A DNA stretch of 64,000 nt from Terriglobia bacterium (GTDB lineage Bacteria; Acidobacteriota; Terriglobia; JAJPHL01; JAPKYU01). The notes under the pieces are model-generated. The model saw only the letters and a list, made by a program, of their open reading frames with translations. It was not told the DNA's origin and did not search any database. The translations under genes were made by a program, and so were the position numbers. Positions 33,975-43,678 of the stretch are shown one piece after another. Each line of letters opens with the position of its first letter. Position 1 is the first letter of the stretch. The stretch covers positions 160,001 to 224,000 of the forward strand of contig CBDBKE010000003.1 in assembly GCA_965206645.1 (NCBI GenBank), read 5' to 3'.

Positions 33975-34271
33975 TCAAGTCTTTGGTCTTGCCTTGCGGG
34001 GCCGACCTCCAGCCCGCGTTTTCCGCTTGGCCGCAAGCTGGCGGAAGTACTCGGAGCCGCGCTTTGCGGTTGTGGAGCCGCCCTTGCGTCCTAGAACGGC
34101 AGCAGGCAACAGTTTGGTTTGGATAATTAGATCGTCAGTCAGTTCCAGGGCCGCGCTCAGCAGTTCCCGGCTCCGGGAAGTTCGGTTCTGGGGTAGGGGA
34201 GTTGTTTCTAGGATCAGATCAACTTCGGAGATGAGATTCTTGAGGGTCTGAAGTTCGGTTCGGTTTGGCAT
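33975..34271 (-). CDS. Small basic protein with KGG-like motif (transposon accessory gene)
   Basis: AAVLGRKGGSTTAKRGSEYFRQLAAKRK; leaderless promoter TTGCTT-N17-TACGGT 6 nt before ATG. Confidence 0.75.
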   Translation of the reverse strand: MPNRTELQTLKNLISEVDLILETTPLPQNRTSRSRELLSAALELTDDLIIQTKLLPAAVLGRKGGSTTAKRGSEYFRQLAAKRKTRAGGRPRKARPKT

Positions 34272-34519
34272 ACTTCAACCGTACGACAGGATAAGCCGAA
34301 AAGCAAGCGTTCGCTGTTTTCGGTTCAACACAGATTTCAGACAGCACCGCCCGTCGGGTAGTGGGTCAGTTTCCAAGTAGGGTGTTATACGGCCAAGTCG
34401 GCTGCGTGGCAGCATAGGTAAACACTAACCGATTCCTGAGGAACCAACCCCGTTCCTCCTGGTGCTGTCTGGCGTCTGCCAGTCGGAAGCTAGTGGGGTG
34501 ATGCAGCTTTGATGTCTCT

Positions 34520-34710
34520 GAACTCCCAGTTCATAGCTGCGGAATATGTAGAAATCCGTGCCGTCGACCTTCGGAGTCCTCATGATGGCCGGGGCTTCGC
34601 GGTGGCTGGGAGGCGATGGCGAAAGTGGCGGCGATACACAGCAAGGAGGACAGCAGTATCGCCACGAAGACGGTCTGCAGTGTCTTGCCGCGGGAGGGGC
34701 CTTTGAGCAT
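34520..34710 (-). pseudogene. N-terminal fragment of a DUF4331-like secreted protein
   Basis: Signal peptide in one frame, SHREAPAIMRTPKVDGTDFYIFRSYE in another; truncated. Confidence 0.6.
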
Positions 34711-34860
34711 GTCGGGCAGCCCGAGAACGGGACTTCCATGATACGGCTGCAGAGGAAGCAAAGACCGCTCGAGCTCTACGAGAAGGCGGCTTGAAACATA
34801 TTCGCGACTTGGGACGTTACCTTATTGACCGTAGCGGCTCGGTGGGTTCTGATGGGTATT

Positions 34861-36006
34861 AGCTTGCTTTCCTTCTTTGATCCACTGCTCCGCTGTCCCC
34901 CGCTTGTTGTAAAACCGCATCACCGCCCGACTTGGCAGAGTCAAGTTCGTAACGATAAATCCTACTCGCGGGAACAGCTCCCCTGGATGATGCTCCACCT
35001 TGGCCACCACCCTGCGGGCTGTCTTCCAACTGGCCGCTTGGTATAGAAAGCCCTTGAACTCCACCAACGGCTTCTTGCTGGGTCTCCCCACCGGCCGAGT
35101 CAGCAACTCCTCAATGTCCCGCTGTAGGCTGTCGTTAGCCGGGATGCGGATGGCGTACTTTACCTCCCGCTCCTCCAGAGCCTCGTAAATCTCCGGCTTG
35201 GCAAAGGCCGCGTCGGCACGAAACACCACTTCCTTGCCCAGCTGCTGCTGCCGCTCGATCTCCGGCAGGAGAAGTTCTTTCCAGTCCTCGGCGCTGTGCA
35301 CGTTGCCCGGTCGCAGCTTGGCCGCCAGACAGTCACCCTCGCGATTGAACAGCAACAACGGGTGATAGCAGCTCGACTCGAAATGCCCGTTGTAGGCACT
35401 CTGCTCCTGCTGGCCGTAGACCGGAATCTCGGTCGAGTCCATGTCCAGCACCACCCGTTGCGGGGAATCCATAGCTTCCGCCCTGGCGATTAAATCCCGG
35501 TTGATCGCTGCCAAACCAGCCAGGTTCTCATCTTGCGTCAGTAGTTCTGTCTCGAACGATTGCAGCCGGGAAGTCAACGCGGCTCCTCGCTCCCAGATCT
35601 TTTCTGAACCGATCAGCCGGAACGTCGGATCTTGAGAGAGCCGTTCCGCGTCATTCATATCTTCGTAACCCGCCAAGCGGCTGTACACGGACTGGCGCAG
35701 GAGGTCAGCAAAGGGCAACCGTGTGTTCTTTCTCCGAGGATCGGCCAAGTGCTGTTTGATGAGTTCTCCGAATCCCAAATGTTCGTCTGATTCGCGCACG
35801 AGGATCAGGCCGCCGTCGGAAGTAACCCGCGACCCCTGGAAATCGACCTTCAATGCAGCATTGAAAGAGAACTGAAAGGGCTGATTTTGCCTCTCACCCA
35901 CTCGGTTTCTACCTCCGGAAGCTGTATTGACGCTGGAACCGGCATAAATATTGGCGTCGGAGGTCAGTATAAGGTTAGCTTTGGAGTTTCAAAACGGAAA
36001 TCCGGG
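34861..36006 (-). mobile_element. Truncated IS1380-family element (transposase ORF 34822..35901 lacks its C-terminus)
   Basis: VTSDGG, GYED.ND, LDMDST, YNGH, LRPGNVHSA, RADAAF, FYNKRGTAEQWIKEGK then unrelated sequence; candidate end CCCGGATTTCC at 36006. Confidence 0.85.
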
Positions 36007-36029
36007 ATTAGGTTCCGACGGTTCCATTC

Positions 36030-37578
36030 ATGAGATCGTTACTCGTTTCCGCGCTTCTCGTACTGTTTCTTCTTCCGGCCTCGGGCGCATCCAGTGTGCG
36101 TGAGGATTTCGAGCAGGCGGCGGGGGCGCTTTCGTTTTTCTCTTGGGGTGATTTTCTCTATGGCCGTGAACTCACACTTCGCGTGCCGGGGGACGAGGCG
36201 CGCAAGTACAACGAGACCCTGGCGCATTTGATCGACTCAGGATTGGCGGGCACGACCGGTTGGCCTATCTTGCGGGCGTCGAGACGGGCTTCTCCCGAGG
36301 AGGTATCGGCTCTGCTTCGGCACGAGAACTCGAAGGTGCGGACCTTGGCCATGGCTTGGTTGTTTGCGAACAAAGGCCAATCGGCCCTACCGCAGCTGGT
36401 TGAGCTCGTTGGTGATACAGCGGAGACGTTTCCGGTTCCCCAGCCCGTAGCGTCCATATATTTGCCCGGACGGGACCCTCCGGACCCGCCTCTTAAGACT
36501 CAGACTGTGAGTGACATCGCTCGGGGAATGCTGGCCTTCTACATGGAACGGGCCGGTTACTATTACGGCGTAGAAGGAAAGAACGAGCATCCGGGCTTTG
36601 ACGAGTATTGGGGAACGGGCCTTTTGTCTGAGTTGCTTTGCGGTGAAACTAGACCGTGCGACCGGCGGGATATCGCCTCTCGCTTATGGGGCAGAGTTGA
36701 GAGCACACGAGGTGCGTCGCCAGGTAGATGAGTTGCCGCCCGTCGACAGGGAAGTCATGCTGTTGGGGCTGTTCTCAGCGAAGACGGATCTGCGAGATGT
36801 GGTTTCCGAACAGGACTTGGTGTTTGCTGGGCGGCGATTGGGGGCTGGGCGACTGCTCCAGCTGCTCCGAGGCGAGTCCGTGATCGATGACCCGGATTTG
36901 CCTCATTACCGGGACCGCATCCGCGATCTCGTACTTCAGCATTCTGCCGAACTGTTGCGGCCGGCCGATGGCCCGTGGCTGATCGAACAGGGCAGGACAA
37001 CGCGGAAAGCGGATTGGTTCCGGGCGGCGGCGGGCGTGCGGCCGGAGTCCGCTTCGGTAATCTTGAGGGAGGCTTTCCAGACGTGTGACTTCCTTGGTGA
37101 TGGGCGGGCTCGCACAGCGACAGCCCTCTGGCGCTTGGCCGGGCAAGAAAACGAGGACTTCCTGGTCGAATGGTTTTTCGGGGATGAGGCGCCGAAGGTG
37201 GGTAGGGCTCCTTACCGGGTGGGGTTCATCGATTTCCTGGCGGAGCGCTTTCAGGTTATTGATCGTCGCTTGCTCGCCCGTTTTGTCCGAGGCACACGTT
37301 TTGAGCAGCTTGACTGGCAAACACTCGAGTCTTTGATGAATGGTCTCAATCGCAACCTTCTTCATCCTGTCGTGCCTGCTGATGAGATCGCCGGGACAGG
37401 GCATCCGCTAGGAAAAGCAAACTTCCACGGCATGATCGAGCGAGCGCACGAACAGTACCCTCGGGAAACGGCACGGTTGCTGACAACTCTCGACGGCTGG
37501 CGGGAACGGGTTCGTGCGCGTGTGAAGGACTGGGAACTACCGCCTTGTCAACACCGATGCCGGATAGGTCCACCCTAA
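36030..37578 (+). pseudogene. Secreted helical/HEAT-like hypothetical protein, frameshifted near 36610
   Basis: Signal peptide MRSLLVSALLVLFLLPASGA; ORFs 36030..36731 and 36598..37578 overlap in different frames (GFDEYW / ERAFCLSCFAVKL). Confidence 0.6.
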
Positions 37579-37801
37579 CGGGTTAGCGGTTATCAATCCC
37601 GGTTTCAACTGGCCCGGTTTCAATTGAGCGAATAGTCGACTTCCCGGAAACTGACCCACTGCCGCCCGTCGGTTGGCACGGTGTCAACGCTTCCTCTCTC
37701 CAGGGCCATGGTCCGGGTCTCGAGGTGGACTGCGCGTGTCAGGAAGCGGACGCGAGAAATCTTTGTCCGCCACGGGCTAGGGGAGCACTTCCGGCCAAGG
37801 G

Positions 37802-39106
37802 CTAGCGCAGCACTTCCGGATTGACGCAATACTGGGGAGGGCGGTTCTCGAGCACCGCCACCATGTCGGTGGCCATGGAGCGGTAGATGCGATCCATAGC
37901 CAGGTCGCTGACCCCGAGCACGTGGGGCGCGCAAAGCACCCGAGGGTCTTTGAAAATCCGGTGGGAGGAATCAGGTGGCTCAGTTGGGAACACGTCCAGG
38001 CCCACGGCGCTTAACTGTCCCGTGTCCAGGGCCTCGGCCAGAGCGTCGAGGCTTTCGACGATCCCGCCCCGGGACGTGTTGATCAGGATCGCCCCCGGCT
38101 TCACCAGCGCAAGCCGTTCCGGGTTGATTAACCCCTGCGTTTGCTCCATCAGGGGCACGTGCACGGAGACAAAGTCAGAGCTGCGGAGAAGCTCCGGGAG
38201 ATCCACCATTTGAACCCAGGGCACCCCTGCTTTGTCACTGCTGACGAATGGATCGTAGCCGAGGATGATCATACCAAATGGTTGGGTGAGCTTCGCTAGG
38301 TGCGCTCCGATCTTTCCCAGGCCAATAATTCCCAGGGTGTGCTCGGCCAAGTCGCCGGTTTTGAAGTCATAGCGCTTCTGCCACTGGCCAGTTTTTACGA
38401 TGCTGTCGCAGAGAGGGATTTTTTTCACCAGCGCCAGCAGAAGCGCCAGAGCTCCCTCTGCCACGGCGAAGCCGCTGACAGGCGCGTTGATTACGGCAAT
38501 CTTGCGCGCCGTCGCCGCGGCAACATCCACGCTGTCGAACCCGGCGCCTGTACGCCCGATCACGCGCAGCGTCGGGCAAGCGTCAATCATTCCGCCGGTC
38601 ACCCGCCCTTCGCCCCGGCAGACCAGAGCGATGGTGCCTTTCAGCAAACCTATCAGCGTTTCTTCGTCAGTCGAGGGAGCGATCTCGACCGGCGCCACTT
38701 GCTGGAGGATTTCAATGGCAGTGGTGTCGATGGGTGCGGTGGCGACGATTCGCTGGGAGGCCGTAGCTTCTGCGGATGGAAACTTAATTCCCCACAGATC
38801 TTTCGCGTCCCTTAGTTCCACACCGAATTCGAGATTGCCGCTTTCGTTCTTCTTGTGTTCGCACCAGATAACTTTGCCCATCGCACTTCGCTCGTTTGTG
38901 AGGTTCGTAACAACAACCTCCTCACCCACATCGCAGGGCTGCTTGCACTCGATCCTGGCCCCGTACTGACTCAGCACGACCGTCCAGCCCTCCAACCCCT
39001 GAAAACTGCCGCTGGCGTCCTTGACCAGCCGAACGGCAAGCCGCATGGGCACACGAGTACCTCGCCGTGCCCCTAACGTTAAATCCTCCGGTCTGATCCT
39101 CGCCAT
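37802..39106 (-). CDS. PilZ-like domain fused to a D-2-hydroxyacid (phosphoglycerate-like) dehydrogenase
   Basis: N-terminal RRGTR...LSQYG...FGVEL...LWGIKFP; C-terminal GRTGAGFD, GLGKIG, INTSRG, DVFPTEP, PHVLG. Confidence 0.85.
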   Translation of the reverse strand: MARIRPEDLTLGARRGTRVPMRLAVRLVKDASGSFQGLEGWTVVLSQYGARIECKQPCDVGEEVVVTNLTNERSAMGKVIWCEHKKNESGNLEFGVELRDAKDLWGIKFPSAEATASQRIVATAPIDTTAIEILQQVAPVEIAPSTDEETLIGLLKGTIALVCRGEGRVTGGMIDACPTLRVIGRTGAGFDSVDVAAATARKIAVINAPVSGFAVAEGALALLLALVKKIPLCDSIVKTGQWQKRYDFKTGDLAEHTLGIIGLGKIGAHLAKLTQPFGMIILGYDPFVSSDKAGVPWVQMVDLPELLRSSDFVSVHVPLMEQTQGLINPERLALVKPGAILINTSRGGIVESLDALAEALDTGQLSAVGLDVFPTEPPDSSHRIFKDPRVLCAPHVLGVSDLAMDRIYRSMATDMVAVLENRPPQYCVNPEVLR

Positions 39107-39411
39107 TTCAGCTATCCATCATGGTTGGTTGCCGGCCCCGGGTACTGAATCCGGGCTCCTTGCTGATCGCACGGCAGCGGCCGTTGCAAGACGCTGCGCG
39201 GGCCTCCGATTTGTGTAGTCCGTTGACAATCGTAACCGCCTATGCTAGCTCTCCGGCTACCTGCTAGTAAAGAGCAAACGGCAATCCGGAATCGGGAAGG
39301 AGGGAGTGGCTAAGGAGCAGATAGTTCCCCGTTAGCTTTGCACGGTGCTTCCATGTAAAATCGCCTGCGATTGGTGCACGTGAGCAGCGATCATTGGAGT
39401 TTGAATAGTTC

Positions 39412-40779
39412 ATGAACGCAGCCTCTCAACCGCCGCCTGCAATTCCTTCTGCCGATTCTCTTGAAGCCCGTACCATTGAAGCCCGTACCATGAAAAAGAT
39501 CGGCAGACGCCTTCTCCCCCTTGTCTTTACCCTTTACGCAGTGGCCTACCTCGATCGCGCGAGTGTGGCGTATGCCAAGTTGACCATGACGGTGGATCTT
39601 GGTTTTTCTGAAGCCGTCTATGGCTTCGGTGCCGGATTATTTTTTGTGGGATATTTGCTGCTGGAAATCCCCGGTGCGTTGATTGTGCACAGATGGGGTG
39701 CGCGGCTGTGGATGTCGCGCATTCTCATTTCCTGGGGCTTTGTCACGGTCATGACCGGCTTCGTCCGTACAGCGAACGACTTTTATTTTGCCCGCTTTTT
39801 GCTGGGCGTTGCCGAGGCAGGATTTATCCCGGGAGCCATCGTTTACCTGAACCAATGGTTTCCCAGCCAGCATCGGGCGCGAGCTATGGCCAGATTGCTC
39901 ATAGGCGGCACTTTTGCATTGGTCGTTGGAGGGCCGATTTCCGGCGCCATTTTGACGGTGAACTGGATGGGGCTTGCCGGCTGGCGGTGGGTGTTTATTC
40001 TGGAAGGGATTCCGGCAGTCACTATGGGTGTTCTTGTCCTGTTCATTATGACAGACCGGCCCGCGAAGGCGAGCTGGTTGCGGCCTGAGGAGCGCGAATG
40101 GGTCATCAACGAACTGGAAGCAGAAAAACAGAGAAAGGTCCAGTTCGGCAAGATCACGGTTTGGCAGGCCTTTCGGCACCCCGCCGTGCTCATTTTGGCT
40201 GCGCTCGAGGTCCTGGCCAACATGGGGAATATAGCGTTTGGTCTATGGCTGCCCACAATGATTCAGCGAGCCTCTGGCCTGCCGCCCCATCTTGCAGCAG
40301 CAGTGTCGGCGCTTCCCTTCGTGACTGCTGTGATAGGCCAACTGACCAGTAGCTGGTCCTCGGACCGCAAGCGGGAGCGCATCTTTCACACCGCCATCCC
40401 GCTTTTTCTGGCCGGCATCATCTTCCCGATCACGACTCTTCCCGGCATGTCCTTCGGCTGGCTGCTGTTCTGGCTTTGCATGTCGAGTGCAGCAATCTGG
40501 GCGCAAGGTCCGCCCTTCTGGACCCTGCCCACTGTAGTCCTTGGAGAGGCGCCGGCGGCAGCCGCGATTGGCTTTATCAACACCGTTGGACAAGTGGGAG
40601 GCTTCTTCGGGCCCACTCTGGTTGGGGTCATGCTGACGGCAGGCTACTCTTTTGACGACACTACCCGCCTCCTGTCGCTGGGCTTCATCGCGTCCGGCAT
40701 GATGGCGTTGGGTTTGCGGCGTTATGTCCCGGCTCGCGGATCGGAAACGGCGCAGCCGGAACCCCCTGATGCGAGATAG
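39412..40779 (+). CDS. MFS transporter, anion:cation symporter (tartrate/TtuB-like) family
   Basis: RLLP, YLDR, GLFFVGYLLLEIPG, RFLLGVAEAGF.PG, GWRWVFILEG. Confidence 0.9.
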   Translation: MNAASQPPPAIPSADSLEARTIEARTMKKIGRRLLPLVFTLYAVAYLDRASVAYAKLTMTVDLGFSEAVYGFGAGLFFVGYLLLEIPGALIVHRWGARLWMSRILISWGFVTVMTGFVRTANDFYFARFLLGVAEAGFIPGAIVYLNQWFPSQHRARAMARLLIGGTFALVVGGPISGAILTVNWMGLAGWRWVFILEGIPAVTMGVLVLFIMTDRPAKASWLRPEEREWVINELEAEKQRKVQFGKITVWQAFRHPAVLILAALEVLANMGNIAFGLWLPTMIQRASGLPPHLAAAVSALPFVTAVIGQLTSSWSSDRKRERIFHTAIPLFLAGIIFPITTLPGMSFGWLLFWLCMSSAAIWAQGPPFWTLPTVVLGEAPAAAAIGFINTVGQVGGFFGPTLVGVMLTAGYSFDDTTRLLSLGFIASGMMALGLRRYVPARGSETAQPEPPDAR

Positions 40780-40983
40780 TCAGACGCGAGATAGTCAGAT
40801 GCAAGGTAGTGGTAGCAATCCGCGAGGACGAATGCCTCGCGCTGTGGCCCTGACTACCACCCCACGCAAGATTGGAAGATAATAGTAGGCGGACGTGAAT
40901 AGGCACCTGGCACTGAACCAGAAAATATCGCATCAGGAAAACAGTAGCCGCCGGAGTCGGCGGCACGGGAGGTTGGAGGCAAC

Positions 40984-41682
40984 GTGGACAAGACGGTTCG
41001 CAACGCAGACGAAGCGGTAGCCGATGTCTCCGATGGGGCGCTCATCATGATGGGAGGCTTCGGGCTGTGCGGCATCCCGGAGAATCTGATTGCCGCGCTG
41101 CGCCGCAAGGGCACCCGCAACCTGACCGTGGTCAGCAACAACGCAGGCGTGGACAATTTCGGCATCGGCCTTCTGCTCGAGACCCGGCAAGTGAAGAAGA
41201 TGATCGCCACCTATGTGGGCGAGAACAAATTGTTCGAGGCGCTGATGCTGAAGGGAGAGTTGGAAGCGGAGCTGAACCCACAGGGCACGCTGGCCGAGCG
41301 CATCCGGGCGGGTGGCGCCGGCATCCCGGCCTTCTATACACCCACCGGCTACGGCACCGTGATCGGTGAAGGCAAGGAAGTGCGCGAGTTCAATGAGCGA
41401 CCTTGCGTGATGGAGCGTGCCCTGCGCGCCGACTTTGCCTTCGTCAAGGCCTGGAAGGGCGACCCCTGGGGCAACCTCGTGTATCGGAAGACGGCTCGCA
41501 ACTTCAACCCGGTGATGGCGACGGCGGCCCAGGTGACCATTGCGGAGGTGGAGGAGTTAACCGAGGTGGGGCGGCTGGAACCGGACCAGGTCCACACCCC
41601 TGGGGTTTTTGTGCATCGGATCTTTCAAGGGGAGAACTATGAAAAGCGAATCGAGAAGCGGACCGTCCGGCGGGCCGGCTGA
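40984..41682 (+). CDS. scoA: 3-oxoacid CoA-transferase, A half
   Basis: [41 protein letters not shown]. Confidence 0.92.
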   Translation: MDKTVRNADEAVADVSDGALIMMGGFGLCGIPENLIAALRRKGTRNLTVVSNNAGVDNFGIGLLLETRQVKKMIATYVGENKLFEALMLKGELEAELNPQGTLAERIRAGGAGIPAFYTPTGYGTVIGEGKEVREFNERPCVMERALRADFAFVKAWKGDPWGNLVYRKTARNFNPVMATAAQVTIAEVEELTEVGRLEPDQVHTPGVFVHRIFQGENYEKRIEKRTVRRAG

Positions 41683-42364
41683 GGCGGCGGCAGACGCGAA
41701 GCGAGAAGCGGCCCGCAGGCGGGAGCGGATCGCACGCCGCATTGCCCGGGAACTGCGCGACGGTTACTCGGTCAACCTGGGCATTGGCGTGCCCACGCTG
41801 GTGGCGAACTTCATTCCCCCGGGCATGGACGTGATCCTGCAGTCGGAGAATGGGATGCTGGGGGTGGGGCCCTATCCGGAGGATGGGCGCGAAGACCCGG
41901 ACCTGATCAACGCCGGCAAGGAGACGGTCACCGAGCGAGCCGGAGCCAGCTATTTTTCTAGCGCCGACTCGTTTGGCATGATCCGCGGCGGGCATGTGGA
42001 CCTGACGGTGCTGGGTTCCATGGAAGTGGACCAGCAGGGCAACCTGGCCAACTGGATGATTCCGGGGAAAGTGGTCAAGGGCATGGGCGGTGCGATGGAC
42101 CTGGTGGCCGGGGCGCGGCGCGTCATTGTGGCCATGGAGCACACCACCAAGGATGGCGCGCCAAAGATTCTGCGCAAGTGTACGCTGCCGCTGACCGGGG
42201 TGGGGGTCGTAGACACGATTGTCACCGAGCTGGGCCTCATTCAGGTCACCAAGGAGGGACTGGTGCTCGAAGAGGTGGCCGAAGGAGTTACCCCCGAGCA
42301 GGTGAAGCAGGCGACGGAAGCGCCTTTGCAAGTCAGCCCGAATCTCAAGAAAATGGAGGGGTGA
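41639..42364 (+). CDS. scoB: 3-oxoacid CoA-transferase, B half (start uncertain; may be fused to A)
   Basis: [14 protein letters not shown] catalytic Glu, [25 protein letters not shown]. Confidence 0.9.
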   Translation: MKSESRSGPSGGPAEAAADAKREAARRRERIARRIARELRDGYSVNLGIGVPTLVANFIPPGMDVILQSENGMLGVGPYPEDGREDPDLINAGKETVTERAGASYFSSADSFGMIRGGHVDLTVLGSMEVDQQGNLANWMIPGKVVKGMGGAMDLVAGARRVIVAMEHTTKDGAPKILRKCTLPLTGVGVVDTIVTELGLIQVTKEGLVLEEVAEGVTPEQVKQATEAPLQVSPNLKKMEG

Positions 42365-42374
42365 GGGAGGCAGT

Positions 42375-43559
42375 ATGGAACGGGCAGTGATTGTGGGGGC
42401 GGTACGCACCGCGATCGGCAATTTTGGCGGGGCGTTGAAGGAAGTCCCGGCGGTGGAACTGGCGGCGCGGGTCGTGGAAGAAGCGCTGCGCCGGGCAGGG
42501 TTGGAGCCGGGCCAGGTGAATGAAGTCATCATGGGCCACGTGCTGCAGGCGGGCGTGGGAATGAATCTGGCGCGCCAGGCGGCGGTGAAGGCAGGCATCC
42601 CCATCGAGGTCCCCTCCTACACGGTGAACAAAGTGTGCGGCTCAGGACTGAAGGCGGTAACGCTGGCGGCGCAGGCGATTGCCTGCGGCGACGCCGAGGT
42701 GGTGGTGGCCGGCGGCGCGGAGTCTATGAGCGGGGCGCCCTATCTGCTGCAAGGGGGCCGATGGGGCTACCGGCTGGGCCACGGTGAGCTGCAGGATGCG
42801 TTGCTGGTGGACGGGCTGACCTGCGCGATGACTGACTCCTGCCACATGGGGGTGACGGCGGAGAATATCGCTGCCCGTTACAGCATCGGACGCGAGGCCC
42901 AGGATGCCTTTGCGGCCTGCAGCCAGCAGCGGGCCGAGCAAGCCATTGCCGCCGGCAGGTTCACTGACGAGATTGTGCCGGTGCCAGTGCCGGGCAAGAA
43001 GAAGGGGGAAGTGCAGCAGTTCGCCACCGACGAGTTTCCCCGCGCGGGCACGACGGCCGAAGGGCTGGCGAAGCTGCGGCCGGCGTTTCAGAAGCAGGGC
43101 ACGGTGACGGCCGGCAACGCCTCGGGGATCAACGACGGAGCGGCAGCACTGGTGCTGGTCTCGGAGAGGCGTGCGGCCCAGTTGGGCCGCGAGCCGTTGG
43201 GCACCCTGCGGGCCTACGCGGCCGCTGGAGTGCCGCCGGAAGTGATGGGGCTGGGGCCCATCCCGGCGGTGCGCCAGGCGCTAGCGCGGGCGGGCTGGAA
43301 CAAGGACGAGGTGGAGCTGTTCGAGCTGAACGAGGCCTTTGCCGTGCAGTCGCTGGCCGTACTGCAGGAGATGGAACTGGCGAGCGACCGAGTGAACGTC
43401 AACGGGGGCGCCATCGCCCTGGGCCATCCCATCGGCGCCAGCGGCGCCCGCATCCTGACCACACTGCTGTATGAGATGCGCCGCCGGGCGGCTCGCCGAG
43501 GCCTGGCTGCCCTGTGCATCGGCGGCGGCCAGGGCATCGCCGCCCTCATTGAACGCTAA
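42375..43559 (+). CDS. atoB: Acetyl-CoA C-acetyltransferase (thiolase)
   Basis: [27 protein letters not shown]. Confidence 0.93.
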   Translation: MERAVIVGAVRTAIGNFGGALKEVPAVELAARVVEEALRRAGLEPGQVNEVIMGHVLQAGVGMNLARQAAVKAGIPIEVPSYTVNKVCGSGLKAVTLAAQAIACGDAEVVVAGGAESMSGAPYLLQGGRWGYRLGHGELQDALLVDGLTCAMTDSCHMGVTAENIAARYSIGREAQDAFAACSQQRAEQAIAAGRFTDEIVPVPVPGKKKGEVQQFATDEFPRAGTTAEGLAKLRPAFQKQGTVTAGNASGINDGAAALVLVSERRAAQLGREPLGTLRAYAAAGVPPEVMGLGPIPAVRQALARAGWNKDEVELFELNEAFAVQSLAVLQEMELASDRVNVNGGAIALGHPIGASGARILTTLLYEMRRRAARRGLAALCIGGGQGIAALIER

Positions 43560-43678
43560 GGTAGCTTCTGTGCGGTACCGGTAAAGTTCTTGAATCCCCC
43601 CAGGAAACTTTCATTGAAGTTCACGTGCCGGCTTCCGGGAGCACCCTTACAACCTTTTCGAAAGTTGGAAACACCGTG

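Larger units (their letters stand above)
31069..34348 (-). mobile_element. Element A: IS1-family transposon with passenger genes (3280 bp)
   Basis: 26-bp terminal IRs GGTGCTGTCTGAAATCTG(C/T)GTTGAAC (1 mismatch); flanked by GCCCGTCG at 31061-31068 and 34349-34356; encodes a transposase. Confidence 0.92.
34357..37663. mobile_element. Element B: non-autonomous IS1-type element (3307 bp) carrying gene fragments and a nested IS1380 remnant
   Basis: 18-bp terminal IRs GG(T/C)AGTGGGTCAGTTTCC at 34357-34374 and 37646-37663; flanked by GCCCGTCG at 34349-34356 and 37664-37671. Confidence 0.88.

Noticed and set aside
25303-37663. One 12-kb composite transposon carrying the BMC operon
   Set aside because: Flanks do not match (GGACCGCA versus GCCCGTCG), and the 37663 end already pairs with 34357 through a matching duplication
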